Part shown: piece by piece, positions 29,010 through 42,739 of the stretch | Position numbering within the stretch: position 1 is the stretch's first letter | How the letters are laid out: every line of letters begins with the position of its first letter | Assembly: GCF_006345805.1 (NCBI RefSeq) | Contig: NC_043004.1 | Span: forward strand, 80,724,001 to 80,788,000 | Reading direction: 5' to 3' | DNA from: Octopus sinensis | Lineage: Eukaryota | DNA length: 64,000 bases | Made by a program: the position numbers and the translations under genes | Notes under the pieces: generated by a model | Database searches by the model: none | What the model was told of the DNA's origin: nothing | The model's input: the letters and a program-made list of their open reading frames with translations, nothing else

Positions 29010-29620
29010 ATCCATCCAGCTTCTCCACCCATTATTCCTGGAAGGGGTGTAAGGATGGGGGTAAAGTCTTCGGGCACCACTTCTGTAGAGTCCTATCAGA
29101 AGCCCCTCCTCTATAGGATCTTATCAGAATCCCCTTTTCTATAGGATCTTATCAGAAGCACTTCTATAGGGTCCTATCAGAACCCCCTCTTCTATAGGAC
29201 CTTAACAGAACCCCCTCTTCTATAGGGTCCTATCAGAAGCCCCTCTTCTATAGGATCTTAACAGAACCCCCTCTTCTGTATGATCTTAACATAAGCCTCT
29301 CTTTTATAGGATCTTATCTGAAGCCCCTCTTCTATAGGATATTAACAGAAGCCCTTGTTCTATAGGGTCCTATCAGAAGCCCCTTCCCTATAGGATCTTA
29401 TCAGAACCCACTCTTCTGTAGAATGTTATCAGAAGCCCCCTCTTCTATAGGTTCTAATAAGGTCCTATTAGAAGCAACCATTATTAAAATTTCCTGTTGG
29501 ATTCCGAAGTGTGTCAAATTGAACCTATGGATATTATCCTCTCATCTTGTGCGTGGTCTGTTCCGAGGCCTCCGGCCAATTGGCTCAATTTGAAGAATTA
29601 AATTCTCATATAACAAAGTA
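29010..29620 (-). mobile_element. 3' end of an RTE-clade (Rex3/Expander-like) LINE, interrupted by a minisatellite
   Basis: Seen on - strand: QIEPIGRRPRNRPRTR*EDNI...FGIQQEILIMVASNR [array] TLQKWCPKTLPPSLHPFQE*, then a gaagctggatgga tail. Resembles the recalled Rex3-type GRRPRGRPRTRWRDYI...GIPPEELEEVA...LLPPRP and (TGGA)n tail. Confidence 0.7.
29074..29475. repeat. 28-bp minisatellite, about 14 copies, consensus AGCCCCTCTTCTATAGGATCTTATCAGA
   Basis: Seen: head-to-tail units (mostly 28 nt, one 25 nt), each with a few substitutions and no unique spacers. Confidence 0.95.
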
Positions 29621-30490
29621 GAATTCGATTCCAGTCCAAATTGTTATTTCTTTGATCCTACTGCATTTCAAATCCAGAGAAGTTGAGTGGTTGAGAAACT
29701 TGTTTTCCAACCAAGTGGTCCTGAGTTCAGTTCCATTGCACAGCACCTTGCCTGAATGTCTTCTACTATAACATCCGGGTCAACCGAAGCCTTGTGAATA
29801 GATATGGTAAACGGAAACTCAAAGAATCCCACCTCCCACTCTCCTTTTGCAATCTTGTGAACTTACCCACCAACTCACCCTATACATTCCTTAGTTGCTC
29901 TTCACTTATATACACCTTTCTGAAACTTGAATGTACAACCCCACCCCCCTGGCATCACCCACCCCACCTTCACGTTTTCTCCATATTCTTTCTCCCTTCT
30001 CTTACCATCAAAGAAGCAATATTGTTGGGTTCCGGCTGTCTGAGAAACATGTCGGGGCTGTGGAGGAATATTAAGCCATGCTTGGAAACAGGTGAAGGTT
30101 GGTGATTGGAAAGGCATCCAGCCATAGGAAATTCTGCTTTGGCAAATTCTGCCCGACCAATGCAAGCTTGGGAAAGTGGATGTTAAAACAAGATCTTTCT
30201 GTCTGTGCCAGTCATCACTTGATGACCGGTATTGGTTTGTTTATATTCCATAGCATAACAATTCAACAAAACAGAGACTGATAAGATAAATACTAGACAT
30301 AGAAATTGTCTCACAACCAATTTCTTCAATGACCAAAACCCTTGTAAGCAATGCCACTGTATGGCCATAATCCACTGCAACAAATAAAAGAAACAATAAG
30401 AATGTATTTAGATGGACATTACCCAATATCACCTGATTCACAAAGTTCAGCTTGTCCTTATTTTAACGATGTAGTAATTTGAGTGACACA

Positions 30491-30725
30491 GTTCTATATT
30501 TAAGAGATGAGGAATTATTTACATTTGACAGATATTTGTCCTCATCTTGTTTGTTGTTAACACATTTCGGCTGATATACCCTCCAGCCTTCATCAGGTGT
30601 CTTGGGAAATTTCGAACTGGGTTCTCATTCCTAAGACACCTGATGAAGGCTGGAGGGTATATCAACTGAAACATTATAACAACAAACAAGATGAGGACAA
30701 ATATACGTTAAATGTAAATAATGTA
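30491..30725. mobile_element. Palindromic (inverted) pair of the same HHR-bearing Penelope-like tail
   Basis: Seen: about 93-nt arms 30514-30606 and 30630-30722. Same sequence family as 47812-48116, with the same gttctataYttaagagatgaggaatta left end. Both HHR cores are damaged. Confidence 0.75.
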
Positions 30726-31797
30726 ATTTGAGTGGCCTTTAGCTGCTATTTCTAGCTCAGCGGTGTTTTTCTATTTGGTGGAGGATAGTATCTTAATCAT
30801 ACAAGCTCAGACTGTTTGGCCACATTGTTTGATTTTCCAAGTTAAACCCAGCTTACCATGTTCTTTCCACTGAGGATTTGGCGTTGTTGATGGCTCTTGT
30901 TGGTTGACCACATGGTCATGGCAGATGAAGAGGTAACTGAGACTCTGCTGAAGGGCCACCTGGGAGGACCCAGGAATATACTGACAACTGGGGAATACAA
31001 CACCAGACCCTACCTGAAGCTAGTCAATCAGATAAGCAGGTACATCATCGTCATCGTTTAACATCTGCTTTCCTTGCTAGCATGGGTTGGACGATTTTGA
31101 CTGAGGGCTGGCGAACCAGACAGCTGCACCAGGCTCCAATCTTGATTTGGCAGAGTTTCTACAGCTGGATGCCCTCCCTAATGCCAACCACTCCGAGAGT
31201 AGTGGGTGCTTTTTACGTGCCACCGACATGGGGGCCAGTCGGGCAGTACTGGCAACGAGCTCACTCGAATCTTTTTCACTCGACTAAATTAGTATTTGCT
31301 TTTGGAATGATAGATGGATTCAACATTCATTGTTAGTCATCAGTCATTGAGAATTTTAATAATTTAGCTATTCATTACGTCAATAAACTCCTAAAACAAT
31401 TTTCCGCCACCAGAACCTTCCAAACCCCACCACCACCACCCAAGCTGAAGATTATGGAGAGACGTTGGGGAGGTTTTTTACCTGGCTGGTGGTGGTGGTG
31501 GTGGTGGCGCCTGGAATAAAATAATGGTTCGGACAGGTTTGATTGATTTACATGTCTGTGATTGGTCAGATAGAAATTTTTTTGTTTAATCACTTTTATC
31601 AATAATGATTGATTTATTAGCTTTAAACAGATATGTGTTTTGTTTTTGTATTTTTGTATTGGGGAGGCGGTGGGGGGAGGGTTACATTTTTACATTTTTA
31701 ACTTTTCTTGATTGAAACCTCCATCTTTTTGTATTTTTCTTCTTTTGGAATATATGCACATAGACATATATATATACATGTGTGTTTGTGTGTGTCG

Positions 31798-31852
<55 letters not shown>

Positions 31853-31972
31853 GATGTATATATACTTATGTATATACATGAGTATAGATTAAAAATATGT
31901 ATGTGGGTAAATATATGCACACTTATATATATATATGGAAATATTGATGCAGATAAACACACACACACACAT

Positions 31973-32018
<46 letters not shown>

Positions 32019-33233
32019 ATGTATGTATATACATATGTGTGTGTGTATATATATATATATGTGTGTGTGTGTATGTATATACATATGTGTGTATATATAT
32101 ATATATATATACACAGACATTTTCATATATATTTATATGTATTATATATATATTTATATGTATTATATATATATTTATATGTATTATATATATATATATA
32201 TGTATGTGTATATATATATATAAGGCATGGCAATCAGTAAGCATTATTTATAGTAGCCGTTGCTTTTAAAAAAAATGTTTCGTTAGGGAAACAATGCTTC
32301 AGTGTTTTCAATCCACAAATGTTATTTTATTGATCCAGTTTTCATACAGCAAATAAATCATTTATTTATTTATTATTATTACTACTATCGTTATTTTCAT
32401 TATTATTATTATTATTATTATTTTTGTTTTTTCTTTTTGTGGACTGTTGTGTGTAAAATTCTGAGAACAAAGGCATCTAAGGGATATTAAAACATGGCAA
32501 CCTGTTTTAAAATTACTGATGTTATTTTCTAAGAGGTGTTTTAGCATAAAAATTTCAAATGTTTTAATGAAAAAAACCGAAAACTAATGTGGGAATTAGT
32601 GTAGGATTTAGTTGAGTGTAATAACATAGGTATAACTAAATATTATAAACAAAAACATGCAAAAGAAAATATAAATTTCACATAAGCCAAAGCTTTTTGT
32701 ATTTCGGAAAAAGAAAAGAAAAAAAAGGTTATTTTATTTTTGAAATAATAAACTCAGCAGATATTTCTTTGGTTCATTCTTTGTAGCAGTGCTTTGCTTC
32801 CAATTCTATATCTCTATCTGATGTTAGTGTTCCAAATAACTTTGTTTGATCCACTGATTGAAAATATTGAAATGGATATGCAAAACTGGAAAGGATGAGG
32901 AGAAAAATATATAAAATAACAACAGAAACAGCGAAATATATTTGTAATATATTTTATATTTTGTTGAAGTTGTTGTTTGTTGTTGTTATTTTTAATATTC
33001 TGATAAACAGTGATGATTCTGGATGTGTTATATTTTATTTTTCCATTTCTAGGTAACATTTGAGTAAATAAAAATGGAAACCACTCTAAATTCATGCCCG
33101 AGTGTAGTAAATAAATAAAACTTAGTAGCTTGGATATTTCATTCACAATTAAAGAAGATAAAGAGAGAGAGATGGAGAGACAGAAACGGTGATGGAGTGG
33201 TTAAAATAGAAACAAAAAATATAATTTTTTTAA

Positions 33234-33264
<31 letters not shown>

Positions 33265-34243
33265 CATTTTGTATATTTTTAAGATTGATCCTTCCACATC
33301 TAAATATATCACCATTCAATCTTTTCATCTTTACTTTGAACAACTAAAATATATTTTAAGGTTCTTTTAGAATTCCACAGTCTTATCAAAATTTCCATCA
33401 AAACTTTTTACTTATCAATGCTATTTATTTATATATCTGTTTATACGTGTATTTATTTTTTTGTCCGTGTGTCTTTACATATGTCTATATACGTGTGGGT
33501 CTTTGTGTGTGCGTACAAACGTATATTTTACCTACAAATCTACATTCATTTCAAGAACTTTTTTATTTGGTGGGTTTTAGGTTCTTTTTTAATTTTTATC
33601 CAAAATTTTCGAAAGAGTTCAGTCAGCTAAAGCTTATCTCAAAGAAAAAAGATAACATCTTTTTTTTCCTATTTTTTTTTCTTTTTAACGATTTTCATTT
33701 TATTTCATACTGAAATTTTCATTTTATTTCATTTTAAAATAAAATCTAAAGAAATATTCTCAGTTATAAAATGAAGTTTTTCCTCTTCATATATACTAGT
33801 GTGATCCAGAGAACCTCAACCAGTGCTGACTTAGCGACTGAACTTAATTAAAAAGAAACTGAATATTATTAGAGAGAGTAGCAGCTTATTGCAAATGATT
33901 AACGAAATTTGTCAGAGTTTAATCATCACTCTTGATTACTTAAAATTATCATTCCTTAAAGAATATCAGACTCAATTTATTACAGCAATGCAATGAAAAA
34001 CCATCATCATCATCATCATTTTGATGTATACACTTCCTTGCTAGCATGTGTTGGACTGAATTTATCAAGGAAGATTTTCTAAGGCCAGATGCCCTTCCTG
34101 TTGCCATATTTCCCTCCTGACCTGATGTTTTTGCCTTTTTATTTTCTCTTTTATTTTTGTTTATAGAAGACTGCAAATGAACAACATAGCTTGTATGATG
34201 GTGATGCTCGTTTAGAACCATCACCTTACTGCTGAGCCATGGG

Positions 34244-34286
<43 letters not shown>

Positions 34287-34828
34287 ACATATCACAGTAT
34301 CATCCAGATCATCAGATGTTATACAACACTGGTCACAATGCACTTCCAAATCCATCTTGTGCCATTCTTTTCCATCTTGACCCAAACTACTTAACTAAAC
34401 CATCTTCCCTTCATCGTGGAGGGCTTCCAGGTGGCCTTTCTATATATATATATATATATATAATATATATATATTATGAGTGGCTGTGTGGTAAGAAGCT
34501 AGCTTCTCTACTGCATGGTACCTTGGGCAAGTGTCTTCCACTGTAGCCTTGGGCCAACTAAAGCTTTGTGAGTGGATTTGGTAGACAGAAAACTGGAAGA
34601 AGTCTGTCGTATATATATATATATATGTGTATGTATTTGTGTATCTGTGTTTGCTTGACAACTGATGTTACTGTGTTTACGTCCCTGTAACTTAGCGGTT
34701 TGGCAAAAGAGATGGATAGAATAAATACTAGACTTACAAAGAATAAGTCCTGGGGTCGATTTGTTTGACTAGAGGTGGTGCTCCAGCATATCCACAATCA
34801 AATGACTGAAACAAGTAAAAGAATACAA

Positions 34829-34869
<41 letters not shown>

Positions 34870-35789
34870 TATATATACATACATATACAAAGCACCGCTA
34901 TACTCTCAGAGTGGTTGGCATCAAGAAGAGCATCCAGCAGTAGAAAACTTGCCAGATAAGACTGAAGTCTGGTGCAGCCTCCGGGCTCTCCAGACTTCAG
35001 TGAAACCGTCCAACCCATGCCAGCATGGAAAATGGACGTTAAACAATGATGATGATATATATATACACACACAATGGGCTTCTGCCAAATCCAGTTTCCG
35101 TCTGCGAAATCTACTGACAAGGCATGAGTTTATATGAGGCTGAAGTTTATATGAAAAGACACTTGTCCAGGATGCCAAGCAGTGAGATTGAACCCAAGAC
35201 CTCCATCATTAAGATGCAAGTTTCTTAACTACACAGCTACACCTTGGATGTTCATTATTATGTTCATTTCTAAGGTGGTGAGCTGGCAGAATTGTTAGCA
35301 CGCCAGGCGAAACGCTTAGCGGTATTTTGTCTGTCACTATGTTCTGAGTTCAAATTCCTCCGAGGTCGACTCTGCCTTCATCCTTTTGGGGTCAGTTAAT
35401 TAAGTAACAGTGAAACACTGGGGTCAATGTAATCAGGATTATTATGTCCATTTCTCCATGTTTGCATGGGTTAGAACAAGTCTGTTACTGGGTGCTTTCT
35501 TGATGGCCCCCAGCATTAGTGAAGACCACCTTATAACTTGTGAGGCTAAAAGATCTGAAGTGGCCCCTATAACTCAGGGAGAATGGAATGGAGTTACCAA
35601 TGATTCAAGACAAGGAATTTGGTAAATAAGATGAGAGGAATAGATCTATAGTTGTGGTAAGGTGGTTGGTTGTTGGAGAAAGTAAATTGGCACTTTGTCA
35701 ATTAGCGTTCTAGTTGATTCCATGAACGAAACAACCTGCTCATCAAATTAATGTGTATGCAGCTAAGGGCACCACAGACACTCATACCC

Positions 35790-36019
35790 TCAACCCTTTT
35801 GTTACCATATGTCTGTTTAGATGCTCTGTGTTTCTTTCAATTAATCTTAAATATAACAAAGAATTTAGTAAAATAACTTGGTTATCATTCAGCTAGTGTT
35901 AGAAACATAAATTGTGACTAAGGTTTGGCGGAAGATTTTAATTCAGAACTTATGAAAACAAGACATTTGTACAACAGAGCCAGAAGCGGTTTCAGCCAGG
36001 TTGGTATCGAAAGGGTTAA
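35790..36019. mobile_element. piggyBac-like MITE (copy 1)
   Basis: Seen: ends TCAACCCTTT ... AAAGGGTTAA. Near-identical to the copy at 36166. Confidence 0.7.
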
Positions 36020-36165
36020 ATACACCTCTACATTTGGGTAGATTGACATTAGAAGCAGTTGGAAGGGCATATAGATCAAAGGAAATTTAGGCTATTATTT
36101 CTAGCATATAAAGTGACCATGCTGAGGTCTCCTTCTCTTATGTCTTCTGCTGAATATTTTTCTTC

Positions 36166-36396
36166 TTAACCCTTTCATTACCGTATTTCTGTTCAGATGC
36201 GATGTGTCTCTTTCAATTAATTTTAAATATAACAAAGAATTTAGTAAAATAACTGAGTTGTCATTAAGCTTAGTGTTAGGAACATAAATTGTGACTAAGG
36301 GTTGGTGGAAGATTTTAATTCAAAACTTATGAAAACAAGATATTTGTACTACAGAGCCAGAAGCGGTTTCAGCCAGGTTGGTATGGAAAGAGTTAA
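36166..36396. mobile_element. piggyBac-like MITE (copy 2)
   Basis: Seen: ends TTAACCCTTT ... AAAGAGTTAA with TTAA target. Confidence 0.7.
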
Positions 36397-37479
36397 TGTA
36401 GTTCTCAGTGAGATTTAGAGCAACACAGAATGGGAGAAAGCTGACCTGAGTTATGTGAAATAAAGTGATTTCTCAGGGACACTATGCACTTCTAGGAATT
36501 GAACTTAGAACTACATGACCACGAGCCAAATATCCTACCCACTAAACCATGCATTTTTGCATAGAGTCAAAGAGTACTTGAGTTGGTGCTAATTGGTTGG
36601 ATCGTGATTTGGGGTGGGGTGGGGAAGTACAGCAGGAAACATTGAATCCAAATAGATATATTTTGAAGACATACCATTAATTTTAACAGCAACAGTTCTT
36701 GCAAAGTTTTTTTTTTTTTAAATTCCAATTTTCTTCTTGAGGGATTTTATAATTAAAATTTAAGCACTGAATAACTTGAGGTATTTTGATTTATTTCTGG
36801 TTAATGACGAACATGTGAAATTAAAAGCAAAAACAGAAACCATTCCTTCACTGAGTTCTTAGGTTCCATATTTGTTTAGTTTTGCTTCTCTCAGACTTTT
36901 GGTAAAATAAGCAGGAAGGAGCAAAAAGAAAAAAAAACAAATGTGAAAAAATAAGCAACAACCATCAAAACAGTTTTTAACCAATCAAAGCCTTACTGCT
37001 GCATACACCTGAGGAAGCTTCTGTACAGTTTCCCAACCTGCTAGAAATAGCAGTCAAATTTTCTCAAATGTCATTAAGTTTAGGGACAATTTCTGGTGAA
37101 ATTCTCTGATGAATGCTATGTTGTTCATGGCTTGGAATTCTCATCATGGAATACAAAGATAACTTCCTACCGTCTTCTATGAGATAATGGTAATCATCAT
37201 CGTTGTTTTAACTTCCACTTTTCTATGCTTGCGTGGGTCAGACAGAATTCGCTGCGGCAGATCTTCTGCAGCTGAATGCTCTTCCTGTTACAAACTCTTG
37301 TCTACTTCCAAATAATATTTCTCAATGGTCATTCACTTTCTCATGGTAGATTGCAAATGAACCTATGTCTGCTTACCACCATCACATGATGTTGACATTT
37401 GCTAGGCAGAAACTGAAAAGAAGCCCATCTTATAATATGTGTGTGTATATGCACATATGTGTGTCTGTATGGCCCTTCT

Positions 37480-37680
37480 GTCTGAGTCAGTCGCCATGAT
37501 AGATCGTTAGCCACTACACACATTATTTTCTCTCCTTGTTTTTTTTCTGTGTCCCTTTCTGTAGAAGAGCGTAGGCTCGAAACGTAAAAGACTTTTTCTA
37601 TTCCTGAGCGTTATACTAATACATCTGTTTGTTTTCTTGTCTTCATCTTTTGTTTTTTTCATAAACTCTCCCTATAGATA
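37480..37680 (+). mobile_element. Short repeat with HHR-like motif (CTTT CTGTAGA A GAGC gtag GCTC GAAAC GTA AAAG at 37555-37590)
   Basis: Seen: HHR topology with an A6U core variant. Shares the downstream ttcctgagcgtt with the 61425 element. Ends approximate. Confidence 0.45.
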
Positions 37681-37861
37681 TATAAATATATATATATATG
37701 TGTGTTTGTGTGTCTGTGTTTTGTCCTCCCACCATCACTTGACAACTGATGGTGGTGTATTTACATCCCCGTCACTTAGCAGTCCGGCAAAAGAGACTGA
37801 TAGAATAAGTACCAAGCTTACAAAGAATAAGTACTGGGGTTAATTTGTTTGACTAAAAAAG

Positions 37862-38210
37862 TTGGACTTGCAGTCATAGGAACGCAGTTTCAATTCCCGG
37901 ACCGGGCATTGTGAGTGTTTATCGAGTGAAAATACTTAAAGCCCCATAAGGCTCCAGCAAGGGCTGGTGGTAAACCCTGCTGTATTCTTTCACCACAGCT
38001 TTCTCTCAGTCTTTCTTCCTGTTTCTGTTGTATCTGTATTTTCAAAGGGGCCAGCCTTGTTACACTCTGTGTCATGCTGAATCTCCCCAAGAACTCCGTT
38101 AAGGGGTACACATGTCTGTGGAGTGCTCAGCCACTTGCACGTTAATTTCACAAGCAGGCTGTTCCGTTGATTGGATCAACTGGAACCCTTGTCGTCGTAA
38201 CTGATAGTGC
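37862..38210 (+). mobile_element. SINE family D copy
   Basis: Seen: colinear with 45092-45474 in the opposite orientation, with a decayed head. Confidence 0.85.
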
Positions 38211-41200
38211 AGCAGCAGCAGCTGTAGTAGTAGCAGCAGTAACAGTAGTAGTAGTAGTAGTAGTAGCAGCGGCAGTAACAGTAGTAAGTAGTAGCAGTAA
38301 TAGCAGTAGTAGTAGTAGTAGTAGTATTAGCAGTAGCAGTAGTAGTAGTAGTATTAGCAGTAACAGTAGTAGTAGTAGTAGTATTAGCAGTAACAGTAGT
38401 AGTAGCAGCAGCAGTAGTAGTAGCAGCGGTAGTAACAGTAGTAGTAGTAGTAGTAGTAGTACTAGCAGCAGTAGTAGTAGTAGTAGTAAAAATTAGACAA
38501 AAACTAAAATCACTTTGGCTAAACCATTTCCATTCTTGTGCCAAGAGGCTGGTTCTGTATCAATTTCAAGACCATTATTGCCACTTCTTCAATTTTTACC
38601 AATATTTCTTTCCTTTCCTTTCCTTCTTTTCTGTTATTTATTTAGTAATTCTTGTGAGGAATTAGTTTAAAAGCTTCACACAGCCAGAATTCTCTTTAAT
38701 CAGTGACTTTATTATATCTGCTTCTAGCAAACTTCCATTTCCCGAAGATAGAAAAAAAATCAAAAAGAAAAGAACAAGAAGAACATTAAAAAAAAAAACA
38801 AAAAAAAAAGCAAAAACAAATTCCACTCTAATAATCATTGCTGGAACTCACTTTATCCTTTGTGATTCTATAAAAATTCTTTTTCTTATTTTCGGCTCCT
38901 TTCTTTCCTTCTTCTTATCCACTCTCTCTCTCTCTCTCTCAACTTCCCACTCTCTGTTTTCCAAAGAAAACAAAAGAAAGCAAGTAACGAAACAGTCTCT
39001 TATATTCTTCATTGCAAAGTTGTGTTGCATAATTAACACCAACGAGAAGAATGAGCGATTTCGGTTTACCGAAACTCTGCTATTATACTTATTATAAATA
39101 ATAGCGAAAAATTGTTTGCTAGGAAACATTTTCAAATGTCTTGTGACTTTGTTTTTGTTTTTACATTTTTTTCTTTTTTGATGTTCTAAAAGAACACCAC
39201 CCCACCACCCCACCCCCTCATACACACACACCTAAATGTAGAATAAAAAAAAATCTAATCAATATCTTCCATAGATTGTTATTAAAGGTGAATTCCCCCG
39301 TTTACTGACATCTTAAAAGCCGGAACAATAATTCATATCTCTCGGGAATAGTTTACTTGTTAACTGTCTATCTCTCTTTCTTTGTCTTCCTCTGTCTCTC
39401 CCTACGTCTCTCTCTCTCTCTCTCTCTCTCTATTTATTTTTATATTTGTTGGTTTATCTTTCTATCTTATTGATTTCTTTATCTCTCCATCAGAGGTACT
39501 TTCCCCTCAGGCCTAACGTTGTTTATTTTTCCATCTACCTGTGTATCTGTCTATATATATATATATATATATATATACATGTGTATATACATGTGAACAC
39601 TGCCAGATCAGACTGGAGCCTGGTGCAGCCTCCTGACTTCCCAGACTCCGGTCGAACCGTCCAACCCATGCTAGCATGGAAAACGGACGTTAAACGATGA
39701 TGATGATGTCTGTGTGTGAATGAATTCATATATGTCCATGTATGTGCATGTGTGTGTATGTGGTATCAGTCATTGGACTGTGATCATGCTGGGGCACATC
39801 CTTGAAGGGCTTAGTCAAACAAACTGACCCAAGTAACTTTTTTTTTCAGAACATATGGTCCTTATTTTATCAGTTTCATTTTGACAAACCACTAAGTATC
39901 AGGGGCACAAACAAACCATCACCTGTTGTCAAGCTGCAGTAGAGGACAAACTCAAATAAAAATGCACACACACACAGACACACACACACACATGATGGCC
40001 TTCATTCAGTTTCTGTCTACCAAACTCACATGGTTTTGGTCAACCCGGGGCCATAGTAAAAGACACTTGCCCAAGGTACCATACAGTGGGACTGAACCCA
40101 GAACCATGTGGTTGGGAAGCAAGCTTCTTTTAGATATATAGGCCAGTTGGCAGTCGAATCAGAGTGCTGCATAGATTGCTTTGTGATACGCATTCCAGCT
40201 TCTTGCATTCTGGGTTCAATTCCCACCAAGGTTGACCCTGTCTTTTCTCCATTCAGGATTTATAACATGCCATTTTTATGCTGGTGTTGGTTCTCTTTTC
40301 TCTCTAATGGTGTCTGTTCCTGGAAGAATTTGTTTCTGATTCAACCTGAATAGGGACAGGCTTATCAAGATCTAAAAATACCCAGGACACACAGACTACA
40401 ACTCCTGCAAGGAATTATACAACAAGATAGACAGATCTTGGTATGGAATATCTGAGATGAATCTTTGTGTCATAGCGTTGAATAATCTGTGAGTTATGAT
40501 TCCCCATATATCTTCGAAACCGTAGCTGGTGTTTAAATACCTCGTGCATGGAATGGTACTATGTCTGCTAGAAAGGGTCCCAGAGACAGACTGGAATTCA
40601 ATTACTACTACTATGTATTGGTATTTGGTCTCCAAAGTACTATGGTTCCAATGAAACCAAAGTGACTTCGCAAAAGGCAATTATAGTCACTGCTCTGTCT
40701 TTTGGGAAATACTTCTTGTACAGTTTGAATTCATCATCTTTGTCATCATCATCATCGTCATTATCATCATCATCATCATCTTTGTATCATCGTCATTGTC
40801 ATCATCATTGTCATCATCGTCTTCATCATCATCATCATCGTTGTTGTCATCATCATCGTCATTATCATCATCATCGTCATTATCATTATCATTTAATGTC
40901 CATATCCCATGGTGGGATTGATGGTATGAATTGGATGGTTTTCACAGAATCTATTGAGTCCAAAGATTGCATTGTGTTCCAGTGACTGCTTTGGCAGGGT
41001 TTCTACAGCCAGACACTCTTTTAGTAACGCTAACCAGGTCACTGCATGAATTGGACATTTTTGTTGTTGCTTGTAGCACCAACACTAGTGATGTCACTAT
41101 TTTTCTGGCAAAACTAAGACCACTCTACCCACTTGCAAGTTACAGAGCAACCTCACTAATGCTGGTGCTGCATAAAGAAGACCAGCTACTTAGAACTTGC

Positions 41201-42739
41201 TGTAAATTGGTTGGCATTAAGGAGGGTCCCTTTAAACATTTGAATGATAGGGGAAGCTGTACTGTGTATGTACATGTAGTTATAGATGTGCGTGTGTATG
41301 TATGTTGCTGTATGCGTCTGCGAAAGGGAACCTGTATGTGATTGAGTTGGTTGTTTTCAATTTCGTGTTCCATGAAATGCAGCAATTTTTTTTGTTAATG
41401 AATTATGACAAGAAGTTAATGATTAAACTCATTAAGAAGTAACATCACTGAGTGTTTTTAGACACATTCATAAATTCTCTTATACATGCACACAAACATG
41501 TTTTTATAAAAACATACACACACACACACACACACACCCCTCACACGTTCATATATAATTTCTATGACAAAAATATCCTGTTTAAACATAAATTCTCAAC
41601 AATGCAATCCCAAGTATTAACCATACTGTGCGCATTAATATGTATACATATACATACATATATACGCACACACATTTTTATATACACGTACATACATACA
41701 TATGTATGTATATATAAATCTCCCAGCTTATGTTTGATATTACTTATCTTTTAAGGATTAATCAATGCTGTTGACCTTTTAATGAACTCACTACATTCTC
41801 TCATCCTTAAACCTCTTTCTCTAGTTAGCCTTCTGATGTGTATATATATACATATATATATTAGAAGGAAAGTGACTCGGAGCTAGGGATCCATAGTAGG
41901 CTTCCAAATCCCTTTTCGTCTAATATATAATATAATAATCGAAATAATATATAAATATATGCATATATACATACATATATGTACATACCTACATATATAT
42001 GTTTATATGGGTACAGGACATCAAAAAAACGTAGACAGAATGAGAAATGAGAACATAAAAAACAAAAACATAGAAAATGAAGTTTTTTCGAACAACGAAA
42101 GAAACAAATAGAGAAACGAGACATGCAACATAAAGAACAATCCCTTCGTCAGTTGTCCCCTGTTTTATCTACTCCACGTTTCAAAGGTAGGGACAAGACG
42201 CAACTTCGTTAAAACAGTCCTTCCTGCAAAGCAAATTAAATAAAATTTAGGATTTTTTGCAGAGGGTTAGAGTGGTAACAAAACAGTAAAAACAAACGGT
42301 GAGGGCTGTTGAGCCATAATGAGGTGAAGTAGTGAACACTGGGAAAATGAGCTTTGAGAAGAGTCAGGCAAAATCAGTCATCTATTTTGGCATGGTTTCT
42401 ACAGCTGGATGTCCTTTCTAATGCCAACCACGCCGAGAGTGTTGTGGGTAGCTTTTACGTGCCACTGGATCTGGCGATGACTATGATTTCACTTGGCTTG
42501 ACGTGCCTTCACAAACACAGCAAATTGCCAAAACAAACAAATTATTTGCCGATGTCTGCTAAACAGATAATAATTCTTGCCGAAGAGCAAGAGTCCAAAA
42601 GATAATGTGTCCATTTATTCTTTATGTTTTGATGATTTCAATCATGAATTTGCTGATCACTATTGATTTTCATCATCAGAAAACACTTTCCCTCTTTACA
42701 AGATGTGTTTATAACAGACAATTCATTGACATGAAGGAA

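Noticed and set aside
29074-29475. CRISPR-like regular repeat
   Set aside because: Units are contiguous with no unique spacers, there are no cas genes, and the context is eukaryotic.
35560-35625. GEWNG motif with a downstream gtaaat donor
   Set aside because: No Cys before W, and splicing TG|A to 56158 creates a stop.
40380-40620. Possible very old RTE ORF2 remnant on + strand (LRNR..W-like words)
   Set aside because: Needs several frameshifts to resemble the motif, which is too degenerate to support by eye.
41860-42330. Repeat with CTGACGAAGGG on - strand as a hammerhead
   Set aside because: Probably a repeat fragment, but no stem II closes onto a GAAA.
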